Under the pieces are notes generated by a model. It searched no databases and was not told where the DNA came from. It saw only the letters and a program-made list of their open reading frames with translations. Shown in pieces: positions 37,733-47,173 of a stretch of DNA of 64,000 bases. Positions within the stretch are counted from its first letter, which is position 1. The number at the start of each line of letters is the position of its first letter. Source of the DNA: Vicinamibacteria bacterium. GTDB lineage: Bacteria > Acidobacteriota > Vicinamibacteria > Marinacidobacterales > Marinacidobacteraceae. Location: contig OZ220470.1 of NCBI GenBank assembly GCA_965115855.1, positions 975,385-1,039,384 of the forward strand, in the 5' to 3' direction. Made by a program: the position numbers and the translations under genes.

Positions 37733-38771
37733 GTGGTCCGGAAATCCAGCGGACGGGGGATCGGGGCGCCGATGCGTCCCGGCACGGCGCGGGCCCTGCC
37801 CTCCGGCTGCCGATCACGCACCGCAACCGGAACTGCTGGCCGGGCTCTGGGGGATCGCAGCGCATCGTCCCCGAATCCATCGGCCGGGAGGCCCGGGTAC
37901 CGACGGATCCCGTCGCAGCGCGGCCCTTGCCCCCTGGCCGCCGATCACGCGACACGGCCGGCGCTGCCGCGCGGGCTTCAAGAGATCGCGCGGTGAGGCG
38001 TCCCGAAATCCATCAGCTGCAAGACCGGGGCACCGACGGATCCCGGTACGGTGTGGCCCTTCCCCTCCGGCTACCGATCACGCAGCGCGAACGGAACGGC
38101 CGCCCGGCTTCGGGGGATCGGACAGGGCAGGCTCCCGAATTCACCGGCCAGAGGACGGGAGCACCAACAATTCCCGATACAGCGCGGCCTTCCCGCCGGC
38201 ACCCGATCACGCAGTGCGAACGAACGGCCGCCCGGGCTTTGGAGGATCGGACGGGACAGACTCCCCGAATCCGCCAGCGGGCAACCGGCGCCGACGAACC
38301 CGGGTACGGCGCGGCCCTTCCTCTCCGCTACCGATCACACAGCGCGAACGGAACGGCCACCCGGACTTCGGAGGATCGGACGGGACAGACTCCCCGAGTC
38401 CGCCAGCGGGCAACCGGCGCCGACGAACCCGGGTACGGCGCGGCCCTTCCTCTGCGCTACCAATCACACAACGCGAACGGAACGGCCACCCGGACTTCGG
38501 AGGATCGGACGGGACAGACTCCCCGAGTCCGCCAGCGGGCAACCGGCGCCGACGAATCCGGGTACGGCGCGGCCCTTCCTCTCCGCTACCGATCACACAG
38601 CGCGAACGGAACGGCCGCCCGGGCTTCGGGGGATCGGACGGGGCAGACTCCCAAATCCACCGGCCGGAGGACGGGAGCGCCCACAGACCCCGGTACAGCG
38701 CGGCCCTCCCCAACGGCTGCCGATCGCACGGCAAGACCAGCGCTGCCGCGCGGGCTTCGGGAGGTCGGGCG
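37733..38771. repeat. Tandem array of about 8.5 degenerate copies of a 120-125 bp unit. It fills the entire argD-argF' intergenic space. Both terminal copies run into the gene ends.
   Basis: The recurring core is CGATCACACAGCGCGAACGGAACGGCCRCCCGGRCTTCGGRGGATCGGACGGGACAGACTCCCCGAGTCCGCCAGCGGGCAACCGGCGCCGACGAAYCCGGGTACGGCGCGGCCCTTCCTCTCCGCTAC. The first and second copies contain GAGATCGMGCGGTGAGKSGTCCSGAAATCCA. This resembles both the argD stop junction and the argF' GTG start region. Confidence 0.85.
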
Positions 38772-39800
38772 GTGAGGCTTTCCGAAATCCACCAGTTGGA
38801 GGACCTCGGCGCCGACGGGCTCGGCCGGATCGCCTCCCTCGCCCGCCGATTGCGGGAACGACCCGAACCGGATGCCCTGCGCGGGCGGGTGCTGGGCCTG
38901 CTGCTGCTGAACCCGTCGCTCCGGACCCAGGCGTCGTTCCAGGCGGCCATGGCCCGGCTCGGCGGCGCGAGCTTCGTCATCGCCCCCGACCGGTTCATCC
39001 ACCACCTCGAGTTGGACCCCGACGCGATCATGGATGGTGAAGCCGCCGAGAACATCGCCGAGGCGATTCCGGTGCTCGCCAGCTATGTCGACGTCCTCGG
39101 CGTCCGGGCGTTCGGCCGACAACGAAGCCTCGCGGAGGATATGGACGATCCGGTCATCGAGCGCATCCGTGCGCTGACCGGCAAGCCGTTCCTGAACCTG
39201 GAGTCGGCGATGCGGCATCCCTGCCAAGCGATCTCGGACTGGCTCTCGCTGGATGACTTCGGGGTGCGGCCGGGCGCGAAGTTCACGCTGGCGTGGGCGA
39301 ACCATCCGGCCCCCCTGCCCCTCGCGGTGCCGGCGGACACCCTGCGGATGGCCACGATGCGCGGGATGCGGGTGACGGTGCTTCGCCCCCGAGGGTACGC
39401 CCTGCCGCCGGCGGTGATGGAGGAGGCGCGGGCCCTTGCAGCCGCGGCCGGCGGATCGCTTCGGGAAACCGAAGACATCAACGAAGGCATGGACAGAGCG
39501 CGGGTTCTCTACGCGAAGTCCTGGGCTTCAACCGTCCACTACGGGGATCAGAAGGCGGATATCGGTATCCGGCGAATGCTTGGTGACTGGACGGTGGACG
39601 ATCCCTGGTTCGAGGGAGCGGATCCCGCCTGCGACTTCCTTCACTGCCTGCCGGTCCGACGGGGCGTGGTCGCCACCCGGAAGGTTCTGGAAGGCCCCCG
39701 GTCCCGGATCGTGCGCCAGGCGGAAAACCGGATGTGGGCCCAGATGGCGATCCTCCACCGCCTGCTGGCCCGAACCTCGAGCGGAGGGCCGACGGGATGA
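38772..39800 (+). CDS. Ornithine-type carbamoyltransferase. It is likely the N-acetyl/N-succinyl-ornithine carbamoyltransferase type (ArgF').
   Basis: It has the carbamoyltransferase fold with SLRTQ where canonical STRTR occurs. There is a C-terminal HCLP motif. The GTG start is read off the last repeat copy. Its stop overlaps the argB start. Confidence 0.75.
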   Translation: MRLSEIHQLEDLGADGLGRIASLARRLRERPEPDALRGRVLGLLLLNPSLRTQASFQAAMARLGGASFVIAPDRFIHHLELDPDAIMDGEAAENIAEAIPVLASYVDVLGVRAFGRQRSLAEDMDDPVIERIRALTGKPFLNLESAMRHPCQAISDWLSLDDFGVRPGAKFTLAWANHPAPLPLAVPADTLRMATMRGMRVTVLRPRGYALPPAVMEEARALAAAAGGSLRETEDINEGMDRARVLYAKSWASTVHYGDQKADIGIRRMLGDWTVDDPWFEGADPACDFLHCLPVRRGVVATRKVLEGPRSRIVRQAENRMWAQMAILHRLLARTSSGGPTG

Positions 39801-40750
39801 TCGAACGGCTCACCGCCGAAGAACGCGCCACCCGGGTGCGCGCGCTCAAGCATGCGGCGCCCTACCTGAAGCGCTACCGGGGGCGGACCCTGCTCATCAA
39901 GGCCGGGGGCGCCACCCTCGAGAGCGACCGGGGCATCGCCGGCATCGTGGAGCAGATCGCCCTGCTCCACCGGCTGGGTATCCACATCGTCTTCGTCCAC
40001 GGCGGTGGTCCCCAGGGCACCGAACTCGCTCGCGCACTCGGGCGGGAAACCCGGTTCGTCGCCGGGCGGCGGGTCACCGACGCCGACGGGATCCGGGTGA
40101 TGGCGATGGCCATGAACGGCGCGATCAACACCCGGATCCTTGCCGCCTGTCGGGCCTGGGACCTTCCCGCGGTCGGGTTTTCCGGGGTCTCCGCCGGGCT
40201 GATCGAAGCGCACCGGCGGCCGCCGGTCGAGGTGGACGGAACGACGGTGGACTACGGGCTGGTCGGCGACATCCACCGGGTGCGGGCGGAAGTGCTCGCC
40301 GAACAACTCCGCCTGGGAGTCATTCCGGTGATCAGCCCGCTGTCCGCCGACGATGCCGGCCAGCTGCTGAACATCAACGCCGACACGGTGGCGGCCGCCC
40401 TGGCCGCGGCGATCAAGGCCGAAAAACTGATCCTGCTCGGCGAGACCCCGGGGCTGCTCGGCGATCCGGATGACCCCGGAAGCGTCATCTCCTTCCTGGA
40501 TATCGAGGAGCTGGGCCGGATGACCGGATCCGGGGCGATCCGCAGCGGGATGCTCCCGAAGGCCCGCTGCATCCGGGAGGCGCTCGGCGGCGGAGTCGCC
40601 CGGGCGCATCTGATTCCGCTGGGCGTTCCCGACAGCCTGCTCCTCGAGATCTTCACCCCGGAGGGGATCGGCACGCTGGTGGTGCCGAAACTGGATGACC
40701 TGTCGTCCGCCGAGCGGGCGCGGCGCATGAGCGGCGCCGGGGGAAACTGA
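39797..40750 (+). CDS. argB: Acetylglutamate kinase.
   Basis: AAK-family motifs (LIKAGGA, VFVHGGGPQ, NINADTVAAALA). Typical length (317 aa). Confidence 0.9.
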   Translation: MIERLTAEERATRVRALKHAAPYLKRYRGRTLLIKAGGATLESDRGIAGIVEQIALLHRLGIHIVFVHGGGPQGTELARALGRETRFVAGRRVTDADGIRVMAMAMNGAINTRILAACRAWDLPAVGFSGVSAGLIEAHRRPPVEVDGTTVDYGLVGDIHRVRAEVLAEQLRLGVIPVISPLSADDAGQLLNINADTVAAALAAAIKAEKLILLGETPGLLGDPDDPGSVISFLDIEELGRMTGSGAIRSGMLPKARCIREALGGGVARAHLIPLGVPDSLLLEIFTPEGIGTLVVPKLDDLSSAERARRMSGAGGN

Positions 40751-41440
40751 TCAGCGCCCCGGAGCGGACGCAACCCGACGCCGGCACCGGGGGAAACACC
40801 CGAATCGCACGCCGGAAGGACCCGGAAATGGCGCCGGGGGAACCGATCAGCGCCCCGGAGCGGACGCAACCCGACGCCGGCACCGGGGGAAACACCCGAA
40901 TCGCACGCCGGAGGGACCCCGCAACGGCGCCGGGAAAACCGATCAGCGCCCCGGAGCGGACGCAACCCGGCGCCGGCACCGGGGGAAACACCCGAATCGC
41001 ACGCCGGAGGGACCCCGCAACGGCGCCGGGAAAACCGATCAGCGCCCCGGAGCGGACGCAACCCGACGCCGGCACCGGGGGAAACACCCGAATCGCACGC
41101 CGGAGGGACCCCGCAACGGCGCCGGGAAAACCGATCAGCGCCCCGGAGCGGACGCAACCCGGCGCCGGCACCGGGCGAACCACCCGAATCGCACGCCGGA
41201 GGGACCCCGCAACGGCGCCGGGAAAACCGATCAGCGCCCCGGAGCGGACGCAACCCGACGCCGGCACCGGGGGAAACACCCGAATCGCACGCCGGAGGGA
41301 CCCCGCAACGGCGCCGGGAAAACCGATCAGCGCCCCGGAGCGGACGCAACCCGACGCCAGCAACGGGGGAACCACCCGAATCGCCCGCCGGAGGGACCCC
41401 GCAACGGCGCCGGGGGGACCGATCAGCGCCCGCCGAACCG
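40730..41440. repeat. Tandem array of 7 copies of a 96-bp unit, with partial copies at both ends. Each unit carries the palindromic stop-stop junction motif GGCGCCGGGRRAACYGATCAGCGCC.
   Basis: The GATCAGCGCC motif recurs at exact 96-bp spacing, 8 times. The first copy encodes the argB C-terminus and stop (..GGN TGA). The last copy encodes the C-terminus and stop of the convergent minus-strand phosphatase-like gene. Confidence 0.85.
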
Positions 41441-41950
41441 CGCCTCGGCGGCCGCGATGAAACGCGGCCATTGGGCATATTCCGGATCGGCGGCCGGATC
41501 CCAGACCTTCAGAAGATCTTTCCGGGCCTCCGATGCGGGGACCCCCTTATGCAGGGTGCGGTAGAGGTACACGAACACCGAGACCCGCATGTTGGCGAAG
41601 CAGTGCACGTGGACCGAGCGATCCCCGGTGCTGTCCATCACCCGGAAGAACAGGTCGAGATCGTCCAGGGAGGGGTTCTCCCAGTCCACCGGGATCTGGA
41701 AATAGGCCATGCCCGCCTCGGTGACCCGGAAGCCCTCCTCCAGGTTCCGCTCGCGGCGGGCCGGGGCGAGATTCACCACCACATCGAACCCGGCGGCGCC
41801 CACGGCGGCGATTTCCGCGTCGTTGATCTGGCCGGAGGTTGCCAGCCGGTCCGAAATCCGGACGTAATTATGGATGCCGGCGAGATCCGCATCCTGCGCG
41901 AACGCGGTCCCGGCGAGGAGGGCGGCGACCGGCAGGAACGCGAGCCTCAT
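41423..41950 (-). CDS. Secreted DUF442 / dual-specificity-phosphatase-like protein.
   Basis: Signal peptide MRLAFLPVAALLAGTAFAQ. HC(x)nR active-site-like motif VHVHCFANMRVS. The start ATG overlaps the ggt stop. Confidence 0.55.
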   Translation of the reverse strand: MRLAFLPVAALLAGTAFAQDADLAGIHNYVRISDRLATSGQINDAEIAAVGAAGFDVVVNLAPARRERNLEEGFRVTEAGMAYFQIPVDWENPSLDDLDLFFRVMDSTGDRSVHVHCFANMRVSVFVYLYRTLHKGVPASEARKDLLKVWDPAADPEYAQWPRFIAAAEARFGGR

Positions 41951-43716
41951 TGCCGATTCTCCCCGCGCTCGTCGTGGACCCCGGCGCCGCCATCGGGCGC
42001 CCGCCGGTCCACCCCCCCCTCGAGGACCCCCTCGTCCCGCAAGTGGACAATCACCTCGGCCGCCCCCTGGGCTTCCCGGCCGCTCAGCGTGTGGCCCCAG
42101 GACTCGAGCCGGGTGAGGGTGTCCGGGGAGAACTTCTGCTCCTCGTAGGTGATCCGGTCGGGCAGCCACTGATGGTGGATGCGCCCGGCATCCACCGCCT
42201 CCTGGGCGTTCATGCCGTGGTCGATCACATTCAGGATCGTCTGCATCACGGTATTGATGATCGTGCGCCCTCCCGGAGTGCCGGTCACCATGAACAGCTC
42301 GCCGTCCCGGGCGACGATCGTCGGGGTCATGCTCGACAGCATCCGCTTGCCGGGGGCCGCCAGGTTCGGGTCGGTACCGATCAGCCCCTGCTCGTTGGTC
42401 AACCCGGGCGCCGCATTGAAGTCCCCCATCTCGTTGTTCAGGAGGAAGCCGGTCCCGGGCGCGATGATCCCCGATCCGTACCCGAACTCGAGGGTATAGG
42501 TCAGCGAAACTGCGTTCCGGTCCTTGTCCACCACCGAGAAGTGGGTGGTCTCCTCGCTCTGGTTGGTCCATTCGAAGCTCGTCGGACTGGAAACCGAGGC
42601 TCGCCGGTCCTGGATCGTCGTCCGGATTTCGTTGGCGTACTGCTTCGAAGTGAGGCGGGAGATCGGCATGTCCGGGTTGAAGTCGGGATCGCCGAGATAG
42701 CGTGCCCGGTCGGAGTACGCCCGGCGCATGGCCTCCGCCATGTGGTGCAGGTTCTCGGCGGAACCGAAACCGGCGCCGGCGACGTCCCGGGCCTCGAGAA
42801 CGTTGAGCATCTGGACCAGCACAACGCCTCCGGAACTCGGCGGCGGCATCGAGATGATCTCGAATCCCCGATAGGTTCCCCGGATCGGCTCGCGCACGTG
42901 GGCCCGGTAGTTCCTCAAATCCTCGAGCGTGATGAGCCCGCCGTTCTTCTCCATCTCCCGGACGAGCATTTCAGCGGTATCCCCCTCGTAGAAGCCGGCG
43001 GCCCCGTTTTCGAGGATCCGTTCGAGACTCGCTGCGAGGTCCGGCTGGCGCAGGGTGTCCCCGGCCTTGTAGGGCGTTCCGTTCCGGGAGAACTGCGCGA
43101 GGGACGCCGGATACTGCCGCATCCGGTCGAGCACCCGCGCCAGTGAGCCGGCGAGACCGTGCGAGACCTCGAACCCGTCCCGGGCGAGTTCGACCGCGGG
43201 CCGGACCAGGCGTTCCCAGGGCAGCGATCCCTGCTGCTCCCACGCCAACCGGAGGCCAGCGACCGTTCCCGGCACCCCCACCGCCCGGTGGCTCAGGTGG
43301 TGGATCTCGAAGCTGTATTCGCCGTTCCCATCAAGCCACATGTCCGGAGTCGCCGCCGCCGGAGCCATTTCCCGGAAGTCGTAGGCCAGCGGCGCCCCGC
43401 CGCCGGAAGGCCGCCACACCAGGAATCCGCCGCCACCGATGTTTCCGGCGGTGGGATGGGTGACCGCGAGGGCGAAGGCGGTCGCCACTGCGGCATCGAC
43501 CGCGTTTCCGCCCTCGCGCAACACCGCGGCGCCCACCTCGGAAGCGAGCGCGTTCTGCGACACCACCATGCCTTGGCGGGCGCGAACCGCAACGCTTCGC
43601 GCCTCGGCCGGGAGAACGAACGCTAACGTAGATGATGCCGCGAGCGCGGCGGGGAAAACCGCCGCGAGCGCGCGCCGGGCCAACCGGCGCCACACGCCGG
43701 CAAGGGAGAAGAACAT
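41947..43716 (-). CDS. ggt: Gamma-glutamyltranspeptidase.
   Basis: Signal peptide. Catalytic Thr motif (GTDPNLAAPGKRMLSSMTPTIV). Conserved GGG motif (TGTPGG). Typical length of about 589 aa. Confidence 0.9.
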   Translation of the reverse strand: MFFSLAGVWRRLARRALAAVFPAALAASSTLAFVLPAEARSVAVRARQGMVVSQNALASEVGAAVLREGGNAVDAAVATAFALAVTHPTAGNIGGGGFLVWRPSGGGAPLAYDFREMAPAAATPDMWLDGNGEYSFEIHHLSHRAVGVPGTVAGLRLAWEQQGSLPWERLVRPAVELARDGFEVSHGLAGSLARVLDRMRQYPASLAQFSRNGTPYKAGDTLRQPDLAASLERILENGAAGFYEGDTAEMLVREMEKNGGLITLEDLRNYRAHVREPIRGTYRGFEIISMPPPSSGGVVLVQMLNVLEARDVAGAGFGSAENLHHMAEAMRRAYSDRARYLGDPDFNPDMPISRLTSKQYANEIRTTIQDRRASVSSPTSFEWTNQSEETTHFSVVDKDRNAVSLTYTLEFGYGSGIIAPGTGFLLNNEMGDFNAAPGLTNEQGLIGTDPNLAAPGKRMLSSMTPTIVARDGELFMVTGTPGGRTIINTVMQTILNVIDHGMNAQEAVDAGRIHHQWLPDRITYEEQKFSPDTLTRLESWGHTLSGREAQGAAEVIVHLRDEGVLEGGVDRRAPDGGAGVHDERGENRQ

Positions 43717-43813
43717 GGGATCGACCCTCCGGGGAGCCATGGATGCTAGCAGCGGCCGGGACCCGGAACGGGATGGTCGCTTCGGGCGCCGCACGCGGGG
43801 TCGGGGTACCCGC

Positions 43814-45577
43814 ATGCGCCGTTTCCCGCGGCTTGCGGCGGCAGGCGCGCTCCTTGCGGCGCTGACCGCCCTTCCGGCAACGGCCGGCGCCCAGGCGCGC
43901 GTTCCGGTCGAGGAATTCCGGCTGGAAAACGGGATGCGATTCCTCACCGTGGTCCGCGAGGACATGACCACCGTGAGCGCCGGGTGGGTGGCCCACGTCG
44001 GGTCGGCCAACGAGCGACCGGGGATCACCGGATTGAGCCACTTCTTCGAACACATGATGTTCAAGGGCTCGCCGCGGATCGGAACTTCGGCCCCCGAACG
44101 CGACGCGGCGATCATCGAGGAGCAGGAAGCTGTCCAGGAACGGATCCGCGCCATCCACCGCGAGCGGCGCGAGCAATACCGGCTCGGCGTGATCGACGAT
44201 CCGTTCGGCGAAGCGGACCGGCCTCCGGAGCTGATCGAGCTGGAAACGGAGTTCGAGCGGCTGGCCGGGGAACAGCGGGACCTGATCGTCAAGGACGAGT
44301 TCGACCGCATCTACACCGAGGCGGGCGGCACCGGAATGAACGCCTTCACCTCCCATGACAACACGGTGTACTTCATCACGGTCCCGCAAAACCGGCTGGA
44401 ACTATGGTTCTGGATGGAATCGGAGCGGCTGCTGCGACCGGTCTTCCGCGAGTTCTACTCCGAGCGCGACGTGGTGCACGAGGAGCGGCGGCTCCGGACC
44501 GAATCCACCCCCACCGGGGAGTTTGACGAGGCGTTCAACGCCATGTTCTGGCAGTCCCACCCCTACTCGTGGCCGGTCGTGGGCTGGCCCTCGGACCTCC
44601 GGTCCTACAGCCTCGCGCAGGCCAACGAGTACTACGACACTTGGTACGCGCCCGGGAACCTGACCGCCGCGCTGGTGGGAAACTTCGACCCCGCCGAGGC
44701 CAGGACGCTTGCCGAGCGCTACTTCGGCCGGCTGGAGACAGGTGCGGAGGCGCCCGACGTGGTCACGCTGGAGATGGAACAGAACGCCGAGAAGCGGATG
44801 ATCGCGGAGTGCGACTGCCAGCCCCAGGTGAAGGTGCGCCATCACACCGTCCCGTTCCGCCACCGGGACATGTACGCGCTGGATGTGCTGGCCGGACTCC
44901 TCAACGGGCGCACCGGACGGCTCTATCGCTCGATGGTGCTCGGAAGCGAGATCGCAAGCTCCGCAGGCGCCTTCCAGGACAACCGCAAGTTTGCCGGACT
45001 CTTCGAGTTCAACGCGGAAGCGCGCGGGGAAACGACCCCCGCCGAACTCGAGACGGCGATCGAGGCCGAGATCCGGCGGCTTCAGGAGGAACCGATCCCG
45101 GCCGATGAAATCCGGAAGGTCAAGAACCAGATCACCGCAGCCGCCTTCGAGCGGCTGGAGAATCCGCTCTTCCTGCTCATCCAGCTGCTGGTGTTCGATT
45201 CGCTCGGGGACTGGAATTACCTGAACACCTGGACGACGGACGCCCTGGCGGTCACCGAGGAGGACATCCGGAGGGTGGCGGCGCAGTATCTGGTTCCGGA
45301 AAACCGGTCGGTCGCACACTACTTCCGCAAGGCGGGCTCCGCCGCCGAAGCGTTACCCCCCGAACTCGAAGGCCTCCCCGCGGAGATGCGGGGCCCGATC
45401 CAGACCCAGATCCGCCAGATCCGGGCAAGCGACAACCGGGCGGCGCTGGAAGGGGCACTGGCCCAGTTCGAGGGCGGCCTCGCACAGGCGCCGGCGCCCA
45501 TGCGGCCGGCGCTGGAATACGTAATTCGGGTGATCCGGGAGCGGCTCGCCGAACTGGAACCGGGAGGCCCGGCATGA
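43814..45577 (+). CDS. M16 family zinc peptidase (pitrilysin-like), active subunit.
   Basis: Signal peptide MRRFPRLAAAGALLAALTALPATAGAQA. Inverted zinc motif HFFEH (HxxEH) plus the downstream E. Confidence 0.85.
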   Translation: MRRFPRLAAAGALLAALTALPATAGAQARVPVEEFRLENGMRFLTVVREDMTTVSAGWVAHVGSANERPGITGLSHFFEHMMFKGSPRIGTSAPERDAAIIEEQEAVQERIRAIHRERREQYRLGVIDDPFGEADRPPELIELETEFERLAGEQRDLIVKDEFDRIYTEAGGTGMNAFTSHDNTVYFITVPQNRLELWFWMESERLLRPVFREFYSERDVVHEERRLRTESTPTGEFDEAFNAMFWQSHPYSWPVVGWPSDLRSYSLAQANEYYDTWYAPGNLTAALVGNFDPAEARTLAERYFGRLETGAEAPDVVTLEMEQNAEKRMIAECDCQPQVKVRHHTVPFRHRDMYALDVLAGLLNGRTGRLYRSMVLGSEIASSAGAFQDNRKFAGLFEFNAEARGETTPAELETAIEAEIRRLQEEPIPADEIRKVKNQITAAAFERLENPLFLLIQLLVFDSLGDWNYLNTWTTDALAVTEEDIRRVAAQYLVPENRSVAHYFRKAGSAAEALPPELEGLPAEMRGPIQTQIRQIRASDNRAALEGALAQFEGGLAQAPAPMRPALEYVIRVIRERLAELEPGGPA

Positions 45578-47106
45578 GGACACAGATCACCAACCCGCGG
45601 CGAGCGGCGGCTTTCGGCTGCCTTCTCCTCGTCGCCGCCGTTCCGGGCGCGGCGCAGGACGGGATCCCCGATCGGCCGGAGGATCTGACCTTTCCGGAAT
45701 TCGCGTTCGAGGTTCCGGACGGCGCCGAGGCGGTCCACCGGATCCCGCACCCGGATGTCCGGGGCGGCATCCCGGTGGTGGTGGTGGAGGACCATGCCCT
45801 GCCCCTCATCCGCATCGGCATCACGCTCCGGATCGGGTCCTTCCTCGACCCGCGGGACCAAGTGGGTCTCGCATCGCTGACGGCAGGCATGATGCGGACC
45901 GGCGGCGCCGGCACGCGTTCCCCCGACGAACTTGACGAGCGGATCGAATTCCTCGCCGCCTCGATCGGCGTCTCCTCCTCCGGCGCCGAATCGAACGCCT
46001 CGCTGCGGACGATCACGCCGGTTTTCGACGAGAGCCTCGATCTCTTCTTCGACGTGCTGCGGCGGCCCCGTTTCGACGAGGCCCGCCTCGATATCCGCAA
46101 GGGCAACATGCGGGAGGACATGAAGCAACGCAACGATGACGGGGACCAGCTTCTCGGCCGCGAGTGGGACATGCTCCTTTACGGCGACGGGCACCACCGG
46201 GGCCGCAAGATGACCGTCACCCACCTCGACGCGATCGAGTCCGGTGACCTCCGCGAATTCCACCGCAAGTACTGGCGTCCCGAGCACATGGTGATCGCGG
46301 TTTCCGGGGACGTGGAGACCGCGGATATCCTCGAAACGCTCGGCGTCCGGCTGGCGGAGTGGCCAGCGGCCCCGGCCGACGCCGCGGTCTCCTGGCCGCC
46401 GGCGGATGCACCGGCTACCCCGGCACCCGGCATCTACTTCGTGGAGAAGGACATCCCGCAGGGCAAGGTCCGCATCGGGCACCTCGGCCCCCGCTGGACC
46501 AACTGGGAGACCTCCGAGCGCGCCGCCATCCAGGTCATGGACCATATCCTCGGCGCCAGCGGCTTCACCTCCCGCATCATGCAGCGGGTGCGGTCCGACG
46601 AAGGGCTCGCGTACGGCGCCGGCGGCCGGTACCGCATGAATCCCCTCGGCCCGAGCGGCTACTCGCTCGGCTACCAGTCGCAGAGCCCCACGGTGGCGCT
46701 CGCCGCCGCGATTTGCCTCGAGGAGGTGCGCCGGATGCGGGAAGAACTGGTATCCGGCGAAGAACTCGCCGTCGCCAAGCGGGCGCTGGTGGACAGCTTC
46801 CCGCGTCGGTTCGAGAGTGCTTCGGCGCGCAGCGGTCTCTTTTCCACCGACCTCCTGTTCGAGCGGGACCATTCCTACTGGGTCCGCTGGCGCGGGCAGG
46901 TCGAGACCGTCACTGCCGAGGATGTCCGGAACGCAGCCCGCAAATTCCTCCGGCCCGACGACATGGTGATGCTGGTGGTGGGGGTGTTCGACGACATCGC
47001 TCCCGGCGATCCGGAGGGCCGCAGCCGCCTCGATGCACTCCTCGACGGCAGGATCACCCGACTTCCGGCGCGCGACCCGCTCACCCTTGAGCCGGTCCGC
47101 GAGTAG
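45574..47106 (+). CDS. M16 family peptidase, non-catalytic partner subunit.
   Basis: M16 fold without HxxEH. It is translationally coupled (ATGA overlap) to the upstream M16 gene. Signal peptide present. Confidence 0.8.
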   Translation: MRTQITNPRRAAAFGCLLLVAAVPGAAQDGIPDRPEDLTFPEFAFEVPDGAEAVHRIPHPDVRGGIPVVVVEDHALPLIRIGITLRIGSFLDPRDQVGLASLTAGMMRTGGAGTRSPDELDERIEFLAASIGVSSSGAESNASLRTITPVFDESLDLFFDVLRRPRFDEARLDIRKGNMREDMKQRNDDGDQLLGREWDMLLYGDGHHRGRKMTVTHLDAIESGDLREFHRKYWRPEHMVIAVSGDVETADILETLGVRLAEWPAAPADAAVSWPPADAPATPAPGIYFVEKDIPQGKVRIGHLGPRWTNWETSERAAIQVMDHILGASGFTSRIMQRVRSDEGLAYGAGGRYRMNPLGPSGYSLGYQSQSPTVALAAAICLEEVRRMREELVSGEELAVAKRALVDSFPRRFESASARSGLFSTDLLFERDHSYWVRWRGQVETVTAEDVRNAARKFLRPDDMVMLVVGVFDDIAPGDPEGRSRLDALLDGRITRLPARDPLTLEPVRE

Positions 47107-47173
47107 GGCGTTGGGGCGCGCCGGCCAGGGAGCGGAACCGTCCGGCAGCAGACGTGATCCGGGAAGCGGCGCC

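Noticed and set aside
36098-38775. ORFs 36466..38775 (+) 769 aa and 36098..37690 (-) 530 aa, and several 120-430-aa ORFs across the 37.7-39.1 kb repeat.
   Set aside because: They overlap argD out of frame or antisense, and continue through the approximately 123-bp tandem array, which is stop-free in several frames.
7072-41440. CRISPR array hypothesis for the three tandem arrays.
   Set aside because: The units are direct tandem copies with no unique spacers between repeats. Unit lengths of 16, 96 and about 123 bp and the absence of cas genes do not fit CRISPR.
40252-41478. ORFs 40252..41478 (-) 408 aa and 40653..41471 (-) 272 aa, with a repetitive RRRCGVPPACDSGVSPGAGVGLRPLRGADRFS translation.
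   Set aside because: They are generated by the 96-bp tandem array, which gives a 32-aa periodic translation. They overlap argB antisense.
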